A DNA stretch of 64,000 bases, taken from contig CAZEDL010000001.1 of NCBI GenBank assembly GCA_964510885.1, positions 312,982 to 376,981 on the forward strand. The letters run 5' to 3'. The stretch's first letter is position 1; the number at the start of each line of letters is the position of its first letter. Positions 27,971 to 37,674 of the stretch are shown here, piece after piece. The translations under genes and the position numbers were made by a program. Under the pieces are notes generated by a model that was not told the DNA's origin, searched no databases, and saw nothing but the letters and a program-made list of their open reading frames with translations. This DNA comes from an uncultured Gammaproteobacteria bacterium (lineage in GTDB: Bacteria; Patescibacteriota; Patescibacteriia; Magasanikbacterales; GWA2-37-8).

Positions 27971-28372
27971 ATGGAACGTATTACCACTATTGACCAATCA
28001 CTCTCCACCACGGTGGAGCAACCGGAAGCGATGGAGCTAAAAAAAGACGGGAAATTTTCTGATTTGTTTAATGTAATAGATGGTGTTATTAAAAATATTG
28101 ATATATCTCTAGCCCAAGCCAGCTTTGTGAGAAAAGCTCATCAAAAATTTTTTCCTCGATGGTTTTCGGCCTCAGACGCTATACGAATGAACAGTATTTT
28201 AGAGCAAGAAGAAACTCTCTATTCTGATTTAGTTGTCGATTCTGAATCAGGAATAATCAATTTTACTATCCAGTGTAAAATTCAAAAAAAGACACTGACC
28301 CGTTCTTTTCGTGGAATACTTAAATCGTTTAAGCGTGATAACCAAGAGATATATGGGATCGCTTGGGAGTAG
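27971..28372 (+). CDS. AT-rich hypothetical protein inside the pur operon
   Basis: 133-aa ORF filling the purA-purL gap; no recognised motif. Confidence 0.5.
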   Translation: MERITTIDQSLSTTVEQPEAMELKKDGKFSDLFNVIDGVIKNIDISLAQASFVRKAHQKFFPRWFSASDAIRMNSILEQEETLYSDLVVDSESGIINFTIQCKIQKKTLTRSFRGILKSFKRDNQEIYGIAWE

Positions 28373-30845
28373 TACCCTCATTGATTTTTCTCTTCTGCCC
28401 GAAGGTGATATTGCTGACTGGCTCCAAAAAAACCACATTGGGTTAACTGTATCTGAAATTTTACATATTCAAAATACTATTCTGAAACGACCACCCACTT
28501 TGACGGAGTGTATTTTATGGTCAATCCAGGGGTCGGAGCATAGCTCCTACAAAAGTAGCCGACCTCATCTGAAACAATTTGCTACCAGTGGCCCGAGTGT
28601 CATGCTTGGGCCCGGTGAAGATGCGGGGATTGTAGAAGTCGCTCGAGATGCCGAGGGGCACCGGTATGGCATTGTGATGAGCCATGAGTCGCATAATAGC
28701 CCGTCACAAATTGTCCCCTACGAAGGCGCGGCAACTGGGGTGGGTGGCAATGTGCGCGATGTGGCATGCATGGGGGCCAAGGTGATTGCGAGCGCTGACC
28801 CGCTGCGCTTTGGTGATATTGCAAAAAATAAAACGAAATGGTTGACCGATGGCGTAGTCGCCGGCATTGCCGGGTATGGAAATCCTATCGGGGTACCGAT
28901 TATTGCAGGCGATATTTATTTTGATAAAAGTTACGATCCAAATTGTTTGGTGAATGTGGTTACGCTCGGCGTGGTGCGCGACGATGAGATTATTCACTCT
29001 CGCGCTCCTAGCAATGCCGACGGGTATAATCTCATTCTCGTTGGCAAGCCCACCGATAACAGCGGATTTGGTGGGGCGAGCTTTTCTTCGGTCGTGGTTG
29101 ATGAAACGAAAAAAGAAACCAACAGTGGCGCGGTGCAGCAGCCGAACGCCTTTCTCAAACGACATTTGCTGAAGGCGAGTTATGAATTGTTTAAGATTTT
29201 GAAAGCCAAAAATTTGATTGACCAGGTTGGATTCAAAGACTTGGGTGCAGGCGGGATTGCCTGCGTGTCGGTGGAGCTCGCTGACGCGGGTGACTATGGC
29301 GCTGAGGTGAACCTAGACTTAGTGCCGACGAGCATGGATAATTTAGCACCAGCGGTGATTCTGTGTTCGGAAACGCAAGAGCGATTTATGTGGGTGGCGT
29401 CGCCCGAGGTGACACCACTGATTTTAGAACATTATAATAAGACGTTTGATTTGCCGAAGATTGCCGGGGGCGCACAGGCCAAAGTAGTTGGTACGATTCG
29501 AGATGATGGGCAGTACATCGTTACCTTTAAGGGAGAAAAAGTTGTCGACGCACCGGCAAAAGAGGTGACACGGGGGTTGGTGTATGATCGACCCCATGTC
29601 AGATCTCAACGAGAATTGAGTGAGCCGGATATACCCGAACCGATCCCCTACTGTCATCCTGAGCAGGGCGAAGGACCCCTTAACGCAAACAATGCCTTGC
29701 AGTTAACTTTAAGGGATTCTTCGGCTGGGTCTCAGAATGACAAGTGGACATATAACGACATCCTCCTCAAAATTCTTTCTCACGAAAACGTTGCTTCCCG
29801 CGAGCCGATCTATGAACACTATGACAAAAATGTGCAAGGCATTACGGTGATCGAACCCGGTGAAGCTGATTCGGGCGTAATGCAACCCTTCAAAGATGAG
29901 ACATACCCTGCTGAAATTCGCTCCACGGGCGTTGCGCTATCAGTCGATCAAAACCCACGTTACTGCTTAGTAGATGCTTATTGGGGTGGAGTGAATGCAG
30001 TTGTTGAAGCGATGCGTAATGTGGCCGCGGTGGGAGCCTATCCGGTAGCATTGACGGATTGTCTGAATTTTGGCAATCCGGAAAAGCCGGAGGACATGGG
30101 AGTGTTCATCGAAGGAGTGCGGGGCGTGGCCGAAGCACAAACAGGGATTCATCTGCGAGATTTTCCCGACTCCCCTATCCCGATTATTTCGGGCAATGTA
30201 TCGCTTTATAAGCCGGTGGCACCGAGCCCGATTATTGCGTGTCTTGGTGCTATGCCTGATGCGAGCAAGGCGATTACGATGCACTTTAAAAAAGCTGACT
30301 CGGTCTTATTCGTGATTGGAGAGAGAAAAGATGAGTGTGGTGGAAGTGTGTATTATAGTCTATTCAACGAAGGGGTGGTGTTGGCTCCCTCCCATGCCGG
30401 AGGGGATGTTAGGTGGGGTGGGAGCAACACACTCCTCGGCGCCAATGTCCCTAAACCAAACCTAGCTGAAGTTGAAAGAGAGCTGCGTGCACTGACCGAG
30501 GCTATTCAAACTGGATTAATCCTAGCCGCCCATGATATTTCCGATGGCGGTATCGCGACGACACTCGCTGAGATGAGCTTTAGGAATGAAATTGGGTGCG
30601 ACGTGGCTATTCCGGGGGAACTTAGGACAGATAGAAAATTATTTGGCGAAAGTGGAGGCTGGGCGATTGAAGTTGAAAAACATCAGATTGATATGGTAAA
30701 AAATATTTTTGAAAAAAATAAACTAGAGCTACTAGAGATCGGGACTACTACCGCTGAAAAAAAATTACAGATGAACGGAGTCGTGACGGTTGATTTATCG
30801 GAAGCCAAAAAAATGTGGACAAATGGACTGAGAGAAAAATTATAG
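28353..30845 (+). CDS. purL: FGAM synthase large subunit, with two in-frame repeat insertions
   Basis: SEHSSYKSS, ESHNSPS, GAATGVGG, DLGAGG, SETQER, LNFGNP, SGNVSLY, HDISDGG. Confidence 0.97.
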   Translation: MGSLGSSTLIDFSLLPEGDIADWLQKNHIGLTVSEILHIQNTILKRPPTLTECILWSIQGSEHSSYKSSRPHLKQFATSGPSVMLGPGEDAGIVEVARDAEGHRYGIVMSHESHNSPSQIVPYEGAATGVGGNVRDVACMGAKVIASADPLRFGDIAKNKTKWLTDGVVAGIAGYGNPIGVPIIAGDIYFDKSYDPNCLVNVVTLGVVRDDEIIHSRAPSNADGYNLILVGKPTDNSGFGGASFSSVVVDETKKETNSGAVQQPNAFLKRHLLKASYELFKILKAKNLIDQVGFKDLGAGGIACVSVELADAGDYGAEVNLDLVPTSMDNLAPAVILCSETQERFMWVASPEVTPLILEHYNKTFDLPKIAGGAQAKVVGTIRDDGQYIVTFKGEKVVDAPAKEVTRGLVYDRPHVRSQRELSEPDIPEPIPYCHPEQGEGPLNANNALQLTLRDSSAGSQNDKWTYNDILLKILSHENVASREPIYEHYDKNVQGITVIEPGEADSGVMQPFKDETYPAEIRSTGVALSVDQNPRYCLVDAYWGGVNAVVEAMRNVAAVGAYPVALTDCLNFGNPEKPEDMGVFIEGVRGVAEAQTGIHLRDFPDSPIPIISGNVSLYKPVAPSPIIACLGAMPDASKAITMHFKKADSVLFVIGERKDECGGSVYYSLFNEGVVLAPSHAGGDVRWGGSNTLLGANVPKPNLAEVERELRALTEAIQTGLILAAHDISDGGIATTLAEMSFRNEIGCDVAIPGELRTDRKLFGESGGWAIEVEKHQIDMVKNIFEKNKLELLEIGTTTAEKKLQMNGVVTVDLSEAKKMWTNGLREKL
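29652..29742. repeat. TGTCA...TGACA element inserted in frame in purL
   Basis: TGTCATCCTGAGCAGGGCGAAGGACCCCTTAA...TTAAGGGATTCTTCGGCTGGGTCTCAGAATGACA; translated CHPEQGEGPL...RDSSAGSQND. Confidence 0.88.
30378..30430. repeat. GC-rich hairpin insert in purL (resembles a DUF559-type arm)
   Basis: GTGTTGGCTCCCTCCCATGCCGGAGGGGATGTTAGGTGGGGTGGGAGCAACAC; translated VLAPSHAGGDVRWGGSNT. Confidence 0.6.
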
Positions 30846-30850
30846 AGACT

Positions 30851-31951
30851 ATGAAATCACTTACGTATACCACCTCCGGTGTTAATTACGACACTCTTGA
30901 CCCAGTGAAACGATTGGCGTTGCGGAGTGCTCGGGCCACTGGCAAACACCTGTTGAATTCTGGGGCTCAAGAAGTCGAAGCCAGCCGTGGTGAATCGGCT
31001 TATGTATGGAAACAAGGCGGTGTGTACCTGGCGTCGGTGATCGAGGGGCTCGGGACCAAAAATCTAGTGGCCGATGCGATGTATGCTCTGACTGGCAAAA
31101 ACTACTATGATGCAGCGGCCTACGATACGGTCGCTTCGATCATTAATGACCTCGTTTCCGTCGGAGCACGACCACTTAGCCTCCATGCCTATTGGGCGGT
31201 GGGCAACAGTGACTGGTTCAAAGATACGAAGCGCGCTTCTGACTTGGTCAGAGGGTGGAAAAAGGCCTGTGATGACGCGCGCGTATCGTGGGGTGGCGGC
31301 GAGACACCTAGCTACAAAGACATTATTAATCCCGAGACGATTGATTTGGCTGGCTCGGCTGTCGGGATTATTAAGAACAAAAAGCAACTACTCCTCGGAT
31401 CAAAAGTAACGGCCGGAGATAGAATTGTGCTCATCAAAAGTAATGGCATCAATGCTAATGGCTTAACCTTGGCTCGTGCCGTTGCTGATCGGTTACCCAA
31501 AGGCTATGCAACTAAACTCCCGAGTGGTATTTCATATGGCGAAGCGATTTTGAAACGCAGCCACATCTATGCACAATTGATTCAGGATTTATTCAAAGCT
31601 GGAGTTGAATTACATTATATTTCTAATATCACGGGGCATGGCCTGCGTAAAATTATGCGTGCGAATGAACCATTTAGTTATGTGCTCGAGCATATTTTTA
31701 AACCACAAGAAGTTTTTGCTTTTATCCAAGAGCAGGCGCAACTTTCTGATTACGAAATGTATCAGACATTCAATATGGGCCAGGACTATGCGTTGTTCAT
31801 TCCGGCGAAAGATGTATCTAGGGCGCAACGAATTATTAAAAAGAATATATTTCATAGTTTAAATGCAGGGTATATTGAAAAGGGTGAAAGACAGGTGATT
31901 ATTAAAGAAAAGAATATTGTTTATACATCTGAGACAATGAATTTAAGATAA
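30851..31951 (+). CDS. purM: AIR synthase
   Basis: YTTSGV, EGLGTK, INDL, GGET, SNGINANG, ITGHG, MYQTFNMG. Confidence 0.95.
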   Translation: MKSLTYTTSGVNYDTLDPVKRLALRSARATGKHLLNSGAQEVEASRGESAYVWKQGGVYLASVIEGLGTKNLVADAMYALTGKNYYDAAAYDTVASIINDLVSVGARPLSLHAYWAVGNSDWFKDTKRASDLVRGWKKACDDARVSWGGGETPSYKDIINPETIDLAGSAVGIIKNKKQLLLGSKVTAGDRIVLIKSNGINANGLTLARAVADRLPKGYATKLPSGISYGEAILKRSHIYAQLIQDLFKAGVELHYISNITGHGLRKIMRANEPFSYVLEHIFKPQEVFAFIQEQAQLSDYEMYQTFNMGQDYALFIPAKDVSRAQRIIKKNIFHSLNAGYIEKGERQVIIKEKNIVYTSETMNLR

Positions 31952-31958
31952 TGTAAAT

Positions 31959-32918
31959 ATGCCATATAGAGAGACCCCTTATGGGGAAATAAACCGTCTT
32001 CCATCTGATACAAGTGGATATCGAATGCTTCAGATGAAGAATAATCCAGTGCGAAATAATGAAGGGGGCAATCAGGCCGGTCTCTATTTAGCAGCTGTAG
32101 AACTTAACTGTCCACACGAAGATGGCAATCATACTCCATTAATAACTCGAGTAGAGAGTGTCTCTTTGTTTGAAGGCGCGCTGCCTGAGGATGAAGTGTT
32201 AAAAAACGCTTCTAATCGAGACCATATACTAATTCAACTCGCGGGGACCAGCGACCTGCAAGTAGGTGCTACACAGGATAATTCGAGGCTAGTCCAACTC
32301 GAGCCCTTAAGTACGGTATTTATTAAACAAGGCATGTGGCAACAATCAATAAAAGCGTCCCCTGAGAGCAGGACGCTCATTATCACTTCCGCTGGCGATG
32401 AAACCGATGAAAATTATATTAAAAATAGAAGAAATTCGCCTCTATGTGCTAGCCGTGATTTCGCTACTTTAACTTTGAAACATGAACAGCCAACAACGGA
32501 TACGAACGTACTCAAACTGAACATCACAGATATTCCTTTTCCTATACTTCGAGCCTATTTTATTCATAGCGCCTCTGATCAAAAGGCTAGGAGCCGGGCT
32601 CATGCTCATCGAGGGGAAAAGGAAATATTTATACAGTTATCCGGGGAGTCGACTCTAATCATCGACCAAGGAGATAATAAAGGACCACAAGAACATCGGC
32701 TTACTAAAGGCCAGGCTCTCTACATACCAAATTTTGTATGGCACCAAGTTATCAATCCGAGTTTGGATTGCATGGTGGGAGTATTGTCTTCAACCCAATA
32801 TACCGGAAACCAAGATCTGCGAACAATTGAATATATTGAAGATCCTGATCAGTTTCAACGCAGCGTCGATCTTAGGAAACGGCTTCCCATTTTACCCGAC
32901 GACCTGTCTAATAGGTAA
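31959..32918 (+). CDS. Cupin protein with C-terminal FdtA/WxcM-like domain
   Basis: IPFPILRAYFI...RAHAH...EIFIQLSG...LYIPNFVWH resembles sugar 3,4-ketoisomerase cupins. Confidence 0.65.
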   Translation: MPYRETPYGEINRLPSDTSGYRMLQMKNNPVRNNEGGNQAGLYLAAVELNCPHEDGNHTPLITRVESVSLFEGALPEDEVLKNASNRDHILIQLAGTSDLQVGATQDNSRLVQLEPLSTVFIKQGMWQQSIKASPESRTLIITSAGDETDENYIKNRRNSPLCASRDFATLTLKHEQPTTDTNVLKLNITDIPFPILRAYFIHSASDQKARSRAHAHRGEKEIFIQLSGESTLIIDQGDNKGPQEHRLTKGQALYIPNFVWHQVINPSLDCMVGVLSSTQYTGNQDLRTIEYIEDPDQFQRSVDLRKRLPILPDDLSNR

Positions 32919-32921
32919 GTT

Positions 32922-34205
32922 ATGACTTTAGCCATCATCCAATTCCCCGGCAGTAATTGCGAAACTGAAACACTACGTGCCGTCAGAAATGTTGGCATGC
33001 AAGCGGAAGAATTTTTGTGGAATCGAAATCAGAATGATCTCACAAAATTTGACGGCTATATTATCGTCGGTGGCTTTTCGTATGAAGATCGGTCGCGCTC
33101 CGGGATTATCGCGGCGCTTGACCCGCTCATCCCCTATCTACGAGCGGAAGCCGAGAAAGGCAAGCCAGTGCTTGGAATTTGCAATGGCGCGCAGATTTTG
33201 GTGGAAACGGGAATGGTACCCGGGCTGAAAAAGTATGCGGTCGGGATGGCCTTGGCAGAAAATAAACGAGTTAAAAACGGACAAGTGCTGGGGACTGGCT
33301 ATTACAATGCCTGGGTGCAGATGAAATTGACCGTCGATCCACTACGAACCGCCTTTACTAGGAAATTAAAGGCTGGTGCAATTTTGGACGTACCCATCGC
33401 CCACGGCGAAGGCCGTTTTATTATCCCTTCTGAACTGTTGAACGAGATGAAGCGAAACGGGCAAACGATCTTCTGTTACTCTGATGCAATGGGGAATACT
33501 ACCGAAGAATTCCCAACCAACCCCAATGGCGCCATATATAATTTAGCAGCCGTAAGCAATACTGCTGGTAACGTCATGGCAATGATGCCGCATCCGGAAC
33601 GGCGGCCTGATATGGGTCGGGCTATTTTTGAATCACTACGGGATTATATTCGTGAACCTGCCGCTCTTTCTGCATACGCATCCTTGTCTTTTGCTCCTCC
33701 ACCTTTGGTCACTCCTAACTACGCTCTGCCTACTTCAGCATGTAGCATTATGACCGTGCTCATTATCACTGACAATGAAGCTAAAACGGTTGAAGCCACT
33801 CTACGACAGCTGGGATTAGCGGTAATTGTGGAACGAATCACTTATTGGGAGATTGAGAATGAGGCGCAACATACTACAGAATTAAAGCAAATCCTGGTGA
33901 GTTCGGGAGAGTTATTTAATCCAAACAAAGAGCGACTTGTTCAGAATCCCCCTACTCACGAGAGGTTGTCAGAGGGCGAAGGAGTTACGTTATTAGTTCG
34001 GCCTAGAGAAAATTTTGTTGGCCAGCAAAAAAAACAATCACTGGAACAACGATTTGGATTAACAACTATCACACGTATTAACAAAGGGTCATTGTGGAAG
34101 ATACGGCCGGCACATGGTACGATACCCAACTTGCTCAGCCGGATTCTGGAAACGAATATTTTGTATAATCAGTTTAGTCAAGAGTGTTTTGTATATAAAG
34201 GTTAA
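32922..34205 (+). CDS. purQ: FGAM synthase glutaminase subunit with C-terminal PurS-like extension
   Basis: FPGSNCE, GGFSYED, LGICNG, AHGEG, MMPHPER, plus ~180 extra C-terminal residues. Confidence 0.94.
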   Translation: MTLAIIQFPGSNCETETLRAVRNVGMQAEEFLWNRNQNDLTKFDGYIIVGGFSYEDRSRSGIIAALDPLIPYLRAEAEKGKPVLGICNGAQILVETGMVPGLKKYAVGMALAENKRVKNGQVLGTGYYNAWVQMKLTVDPLRTAFTRKLKAGAILDVPIAHGEGRFIIPSELLNEMKRNGQTIFCYSDAMGNTTEEFPTNPNGAIYNLAAVSNTAGNVMAMMPHPERRPDMGRAIFESLRDYIREPAALSAYASLSFAPPPLVTPNYALPTSACSIMTVLIITDNEAKTVEATLRQLGLAVIVERITYWEIENEAQHTTELKQILVSSGELFNPNKERLVQNPPTHERLSEGEGVTLLVRPRENFVGQQKKQSLEQRFGLTTITRINKGSLWKIRPAHGTIPNLLSRILETNILYNQFSQECFVYKG

Positions 34206-34219
34206 ATGAATAACTACTT

Positions 34220-34873
34220 ATGATACAGGCCGTAATTTTTGACATGGATGGGCTCATGATAGACAGCGAGCCGATACAATCACGGGCGATCGAGGCGGTG
34301 ATTCGATCGTATGGCAAGGAACCAATCTTGAATGAATATGGAGTCGTACAAAACTTTGGTATGCGCGCCGAAGATGATTGGGGAGCAAAAAAAGAGCAGC
34401 TAGGAATTACTGAAGATACGTCTATTTTGATCCAGAAGAAATCAGCTATTTATACAGAGATGCTGAAAGTCGCGATTACGGTAAAACCTGGTTTGCAGGG
34501 CTTGATTAGGTTGTTCCAAGCTCATGGCCTACCCATGGCAATCGGCTCCTCTTCTTCCTTATCTGATATTCACCTGGTAGTACACCACCTCGGACTGGAA
34601 ACAGCTTTTACTACTATTGTATCAGGGCAAGATGTTACTCGCGGCAAACCAGCGCCAGATATTTTTCTTGAAGCGGCTAAGCGATTGCAGATCGCGCCGA
34701 TCAATTGCTTGGTACTCGAAGACGCTCTGAGCGGGGTGGAAGCCGGCGTGCGGGCAGGGATGAAGGTGATCGCCGTCCCAAATCAATACGTGTCACCCGA
34801 TCGATATACACAGGCTGACCGAACTCTTGGTTCACTGGCAGATATTACCTGGGAAATGATTCAATCACTGTAA
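34220..34873 (+). CDS. HAD-superfamily phosphatase (CbbY/beta-PGM-like)
   Basis: FDMDGLMIDSE, GKPAPDIF, LVLEDA. Confidence 0.92.
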   Translation: MIQAVIFDMDGLMIDSEPIQSRAIEAVIRSYGKEPILNEYGVVQNFGMRAEDDWGAKKEQLGITEDTSILIQKKSAIYTEMLKVAITVKPGLQGLIRLFQAHGLPMAIGSSSSLSDIHLVVHHLGLETAFTTIVSGQDVTRGKPAPDIFLEAAKRLQIAPINCLVLEDALSGVEAGVRAGMKVIAVPNQYVSPDRYTQADRTLGSLADITWEMIQSL

Positions 34874-34879
34874 GACTCT

Positions 34880-35848
34880 ATGCACTACGAGCAAGTAATC
34901 AAAACCCATCTGAATAACTGTGTAACCGTTACTGATTTTAATTTCGGCAAGAAGCGAATCGGTAAAGTCCGTGACACTTACGAATTACCTGATACATTAA
35001 TTTTGGTTACCACCGACCGCCAAAGCGCTTTCGACCGAGTGCTGGCTGCCATCCCCTTCAAAGGACAGGTGCTGAATCAGACGAGCGCCTGGTGGTTTGA
35101 GAAAACGAAGCATATTGTGCCGAATCATGTGCTCTCGGTGCCCGATGCCAATGTGACGATCGGAAAAAAATGTACTGTATTTCCGGTCGAGTTTGTCGTG
35201 CGGGGTTACATTACGGGCACTACGAGCACCAGTGCGTGGGTCAACTACCACAATGGCATGCGGGAGTTTTGCGGGAATACCTTACCAGAGGGACTGAAAA
35301 AAAATCAGCGGTTTGACCTGCCCATTATCACTCCGACTACCAAATCCGATGAACACGATCGTTTGATCAGTCCTAAAGAAATTATCTCCGAGGGCCTGAT
35401 GACAGCGGCCGATTGGGACTATGTGAGCAGCAAAGCATTAGAACTGTTTAGTTTTGGTCAAAAAGTCGCGGCTGAACACGGGCTGATTTTAGTCGATACG
35501 AAATATGAATTTGGTAAGGATGTTGATGGAACTATTCGGATTGTAGATGAGATGCATACCCCAGATTCCAGTCGGTATTGGATTGCCAAATCCTACGAGC
35601 AGCGGATGACGGAAGGAAAAGAACCAGAGAATATTGACAAAGAATTTTTACGGTTGTGGTTTACCGAGCATTGCGACCCCTATCATGATAAAGAACTACC
35701 ACCAGCGCCGGAAGAACTGGTCATTGAGCTATCACGACTATACATTCAATTATATGAGATGATTACTGGGGAGAAATTTATTTTTCCAGAACAGAATGAA
35801 TCTATTACTGAACGGATTAACCAGTCGCTAAAAAAGTATACGTTATAA
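34880..35848 (+). CDS. purC: SAICAR synthase
   Basis: GKVRDTY, TDRQSAFD, LVDTKYEFG, DEMHTPDSSRYW, DKEFLR. Confidence 0.97.
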   Translation: MHYEQVIKTHLNNCVTVTDFNFGKKRIGKVRDTYELPDTLILVTTDRQSAFDRVLAAIPFKGQVLNQTSAWWFEKTKHIVPNHVLSVPDANVTIGKKCTVFPVEFVVRGYITGTTSTSAWVNYHNGMREFCGNTLPEGLKKNQRFDLPIITPTTKSDEHDRLISPKEIISEGLMTAADWDYVSSKALELFSFGQKVAAEHGLILVDTKYEFGKDVDGTIRIVDEMHTPDSSRYWIAKSYEQRMTEGKEPENIDKEFLRLWFTEHCDPYHDKELPPAPEELVIELSRLYIQLYEMITGEKFIFPEQNESITERINQSLKKYTL

Positions 35849-35866
35849 TTTATAAATTATAATTGT

Positions 35867-36991
35867 GTGTCCAAAACGTTAGGCATTATCGGCGGCGGAC
35901 AATTAGGGCGCTTGCTCTGTGAAGCAGCGCGGTCGCTTGGGATACGCACGATCGTGCTTGACCCAACTCCAGATAGCCCGGCAGGACAAGTAGCAGATGA
36001 GCAAATAATTGGGGATTATAGAGATCCCGCTGCTATTAAAAAATTAGCTAAGCGAGTAGACGTATTGACTTGGGAAATAGAATCAACCAATGCTGCGGCA
36101 CTTATCAAACTCAAGGAGACAGGAATCAATGTAGAGCCATCACCCGAACAGCTACTGGTTATTCAAGATAAATTGTTGCAAAAAAAATTACTTCAACAGG
36201 CTGGCATTCCAGTGGCCGATTTTTGTGAATTATCAGACTCCAATGAATTGCCTCAAATTGCTAAGGAATATGGATATCCGTTTCTCTTGAAAGCGCGCTG
36301 CCAGGCCTTTGATGGAAGAGGGAATTATTTGGTTCGATCTGTGAAAGATATCCCAGCGGCCTTAGCGAAACTTGGAAAAGCTGATTTGTATGTGGAGCGG
36401 TATATTCCCTTTCAAAGGGAACTGGCTATTCAGGTGGCACGCAGCCAGAGCGGAAAAATTAGTCTTTTCCCGTTAGTCGAAACGATACAGAAAAATAATA
36501 TTTGCCATAGCGTGATGGCACCAGCGCGAGTTTCGGCAATAATTACGAAACAAGCTTTACTCATTGCCCAAAAAGTGGCGCGTGAGCTGAAAGGAGCAGG
36601 AGTATTTGGTATTGAATTCTTTTTGACTAGGGATAAGAAAATTGTGGTCAATGAAATTGCCCCGCGCGTGCACAATAGCGGGCACTATACGATCGAAGCG
36701 TGCAGTGTATCGCAATTTGAACAACACGTACGATTGGTGTGCGGGTTACCGGCTAAAAAAATTAAACTTATTTCATCAGCGGTAATGATTAATCTGCTAG
36801 GCGACCGCATGGGTCTGGCAGAATGGAAGGGTTTAGATAAAATTAATAAGCAAAAAAATGTATTTGTTCATGTATACGGCAAAGAAGAAGTTAAGCCGGA
36901 GCGGAAGATGGGGCACATCACGGTCTTAGGGAGAACTGCTGGAGTGGCTTGGCGAACAGCTTTGGAAATTAGGAAAAAGATTAGGATATAA
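35867..36991 (+). CDS. purK: N5-CAIR synthetase
   Basis: GIIGGGQLGR, DGRGN, NEIAPRVHNSGHYT, RKMGHIT. Confidence 0.97.
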   Translation: MSKTLGIIGGGQLGRLLCEAARSLGIRTIVLDPTPDSPAGQVADEQIIGDYRDPAAIKKLAKRVDVLTWEIESTNAAALIKLKETGINVEPSPEQLLVIQDKLLQKKLLQQAGIPVADFCELSDSNELPQIAKEYGYPFLLKARCQAFDGRGNYLVRSVKDIPAALAKLGKADLYVERYIPFQRELAIQVARSQSGKISLFPLVETIQKNNICHSVMAPARVSAIITKQALLIAQKVARELKGAGVFGIEFFLTRDKKIVVNEIAPRVHNSGHYTIEACSVSQFEQHVRLVCGLPAKKIKLISSAVMINLLGDRMGLAEWKGLDKINKQKNVFVHVYGKEEVKPERKMGHITVLGRTAGVAWRTALEIRKKIRI

Positions 36992-37029
36992 ATCAACAAG
37001 ATACCATATTAATTGGTAAAATAAATTAC

Positions 37030-37121
37030 TGTCATCCTGAACACAATGAAGGATCCCTTAACGCTATAATTAGTACAGAATTTTAACTTTAAGGGATTCT
37101 TCGCTACCGCTCAGAATGACA
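37030..37121. repeat. TGTCA...TGACA element, intergenic purK-purE (close relative of the purL insert)
   Basis: TGTCATCCTGAACACAATGAAGGATCCCTTAACGC...TTAACTTTAAGGGATTCTTCGCTACCGCTCAGAATGACA. Confidence 0.9.
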
Positions 37122-37159
37122 ATTCGTTATTACCTCATTAAATGGTTAGTAATTATTTT

Positions 37160-37657
37160 ATGAAAAAACCTTTGGTCGGCATTATTATGGGATCGGATTC
37201 AGATTTACCGCTGATGCAGGAATGCAGCGCCCAGCTCAAAGAATTTGGTATCGCCTATGAACTGACTATTGTGTCGGCTCATCGGACACCCAAGCGCATG
37301 GTGGCGTACGCCGAGGAAGCAGAGCATAAAGGATTACGAGTGATTATTGCTTGTGCGGGTGGCGCGGCGCACTTACCAGGGATGGCGGCATCGCTGACTA
37401 CTCTGCCGGTCATTGGGGTGCCAAGAGAATTAAAAACCTTAAAAGGCATTGATTCACTCCTATCTATTGCCCAGATGCCACCCGGAGTGCCGGTTGCGAC
37501 GATGGCGATCAATGGAGCCAAAAATGCAGCACTACTGGCGGTGCGGATGTTGGCTTTAAGTGATAATACCTTGGCCACTAAGCTTAAAAAATACCAGAAT
37601 GAATTGAAAAATTCAGTTGAGAAAAAGGCTCGGGCGTTAGAAAAAACGATTCGATGA
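37160..37657 (+). CDS. purE: N5-CAIR mutase
   Basis: [33 protein letters not shown]. Confidence 0.98.
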   Translation: MKKPLVGIIMGSDSDLPLMQECSAQLKEFGIAYELTIVSAHRTPKRMVAYAEEAEHKGLRVIIACAGGAAHLPGMAASLTTLPVIGVPRELKTLKGIDSLLSIAQMPPGVPVATMAINGAKNAALLAVRMLALSDNTLATKLKKYQNELKNSVEKKARALEKTIR

Positions 37658-37674
37658 TAATAATAGAACCTACT

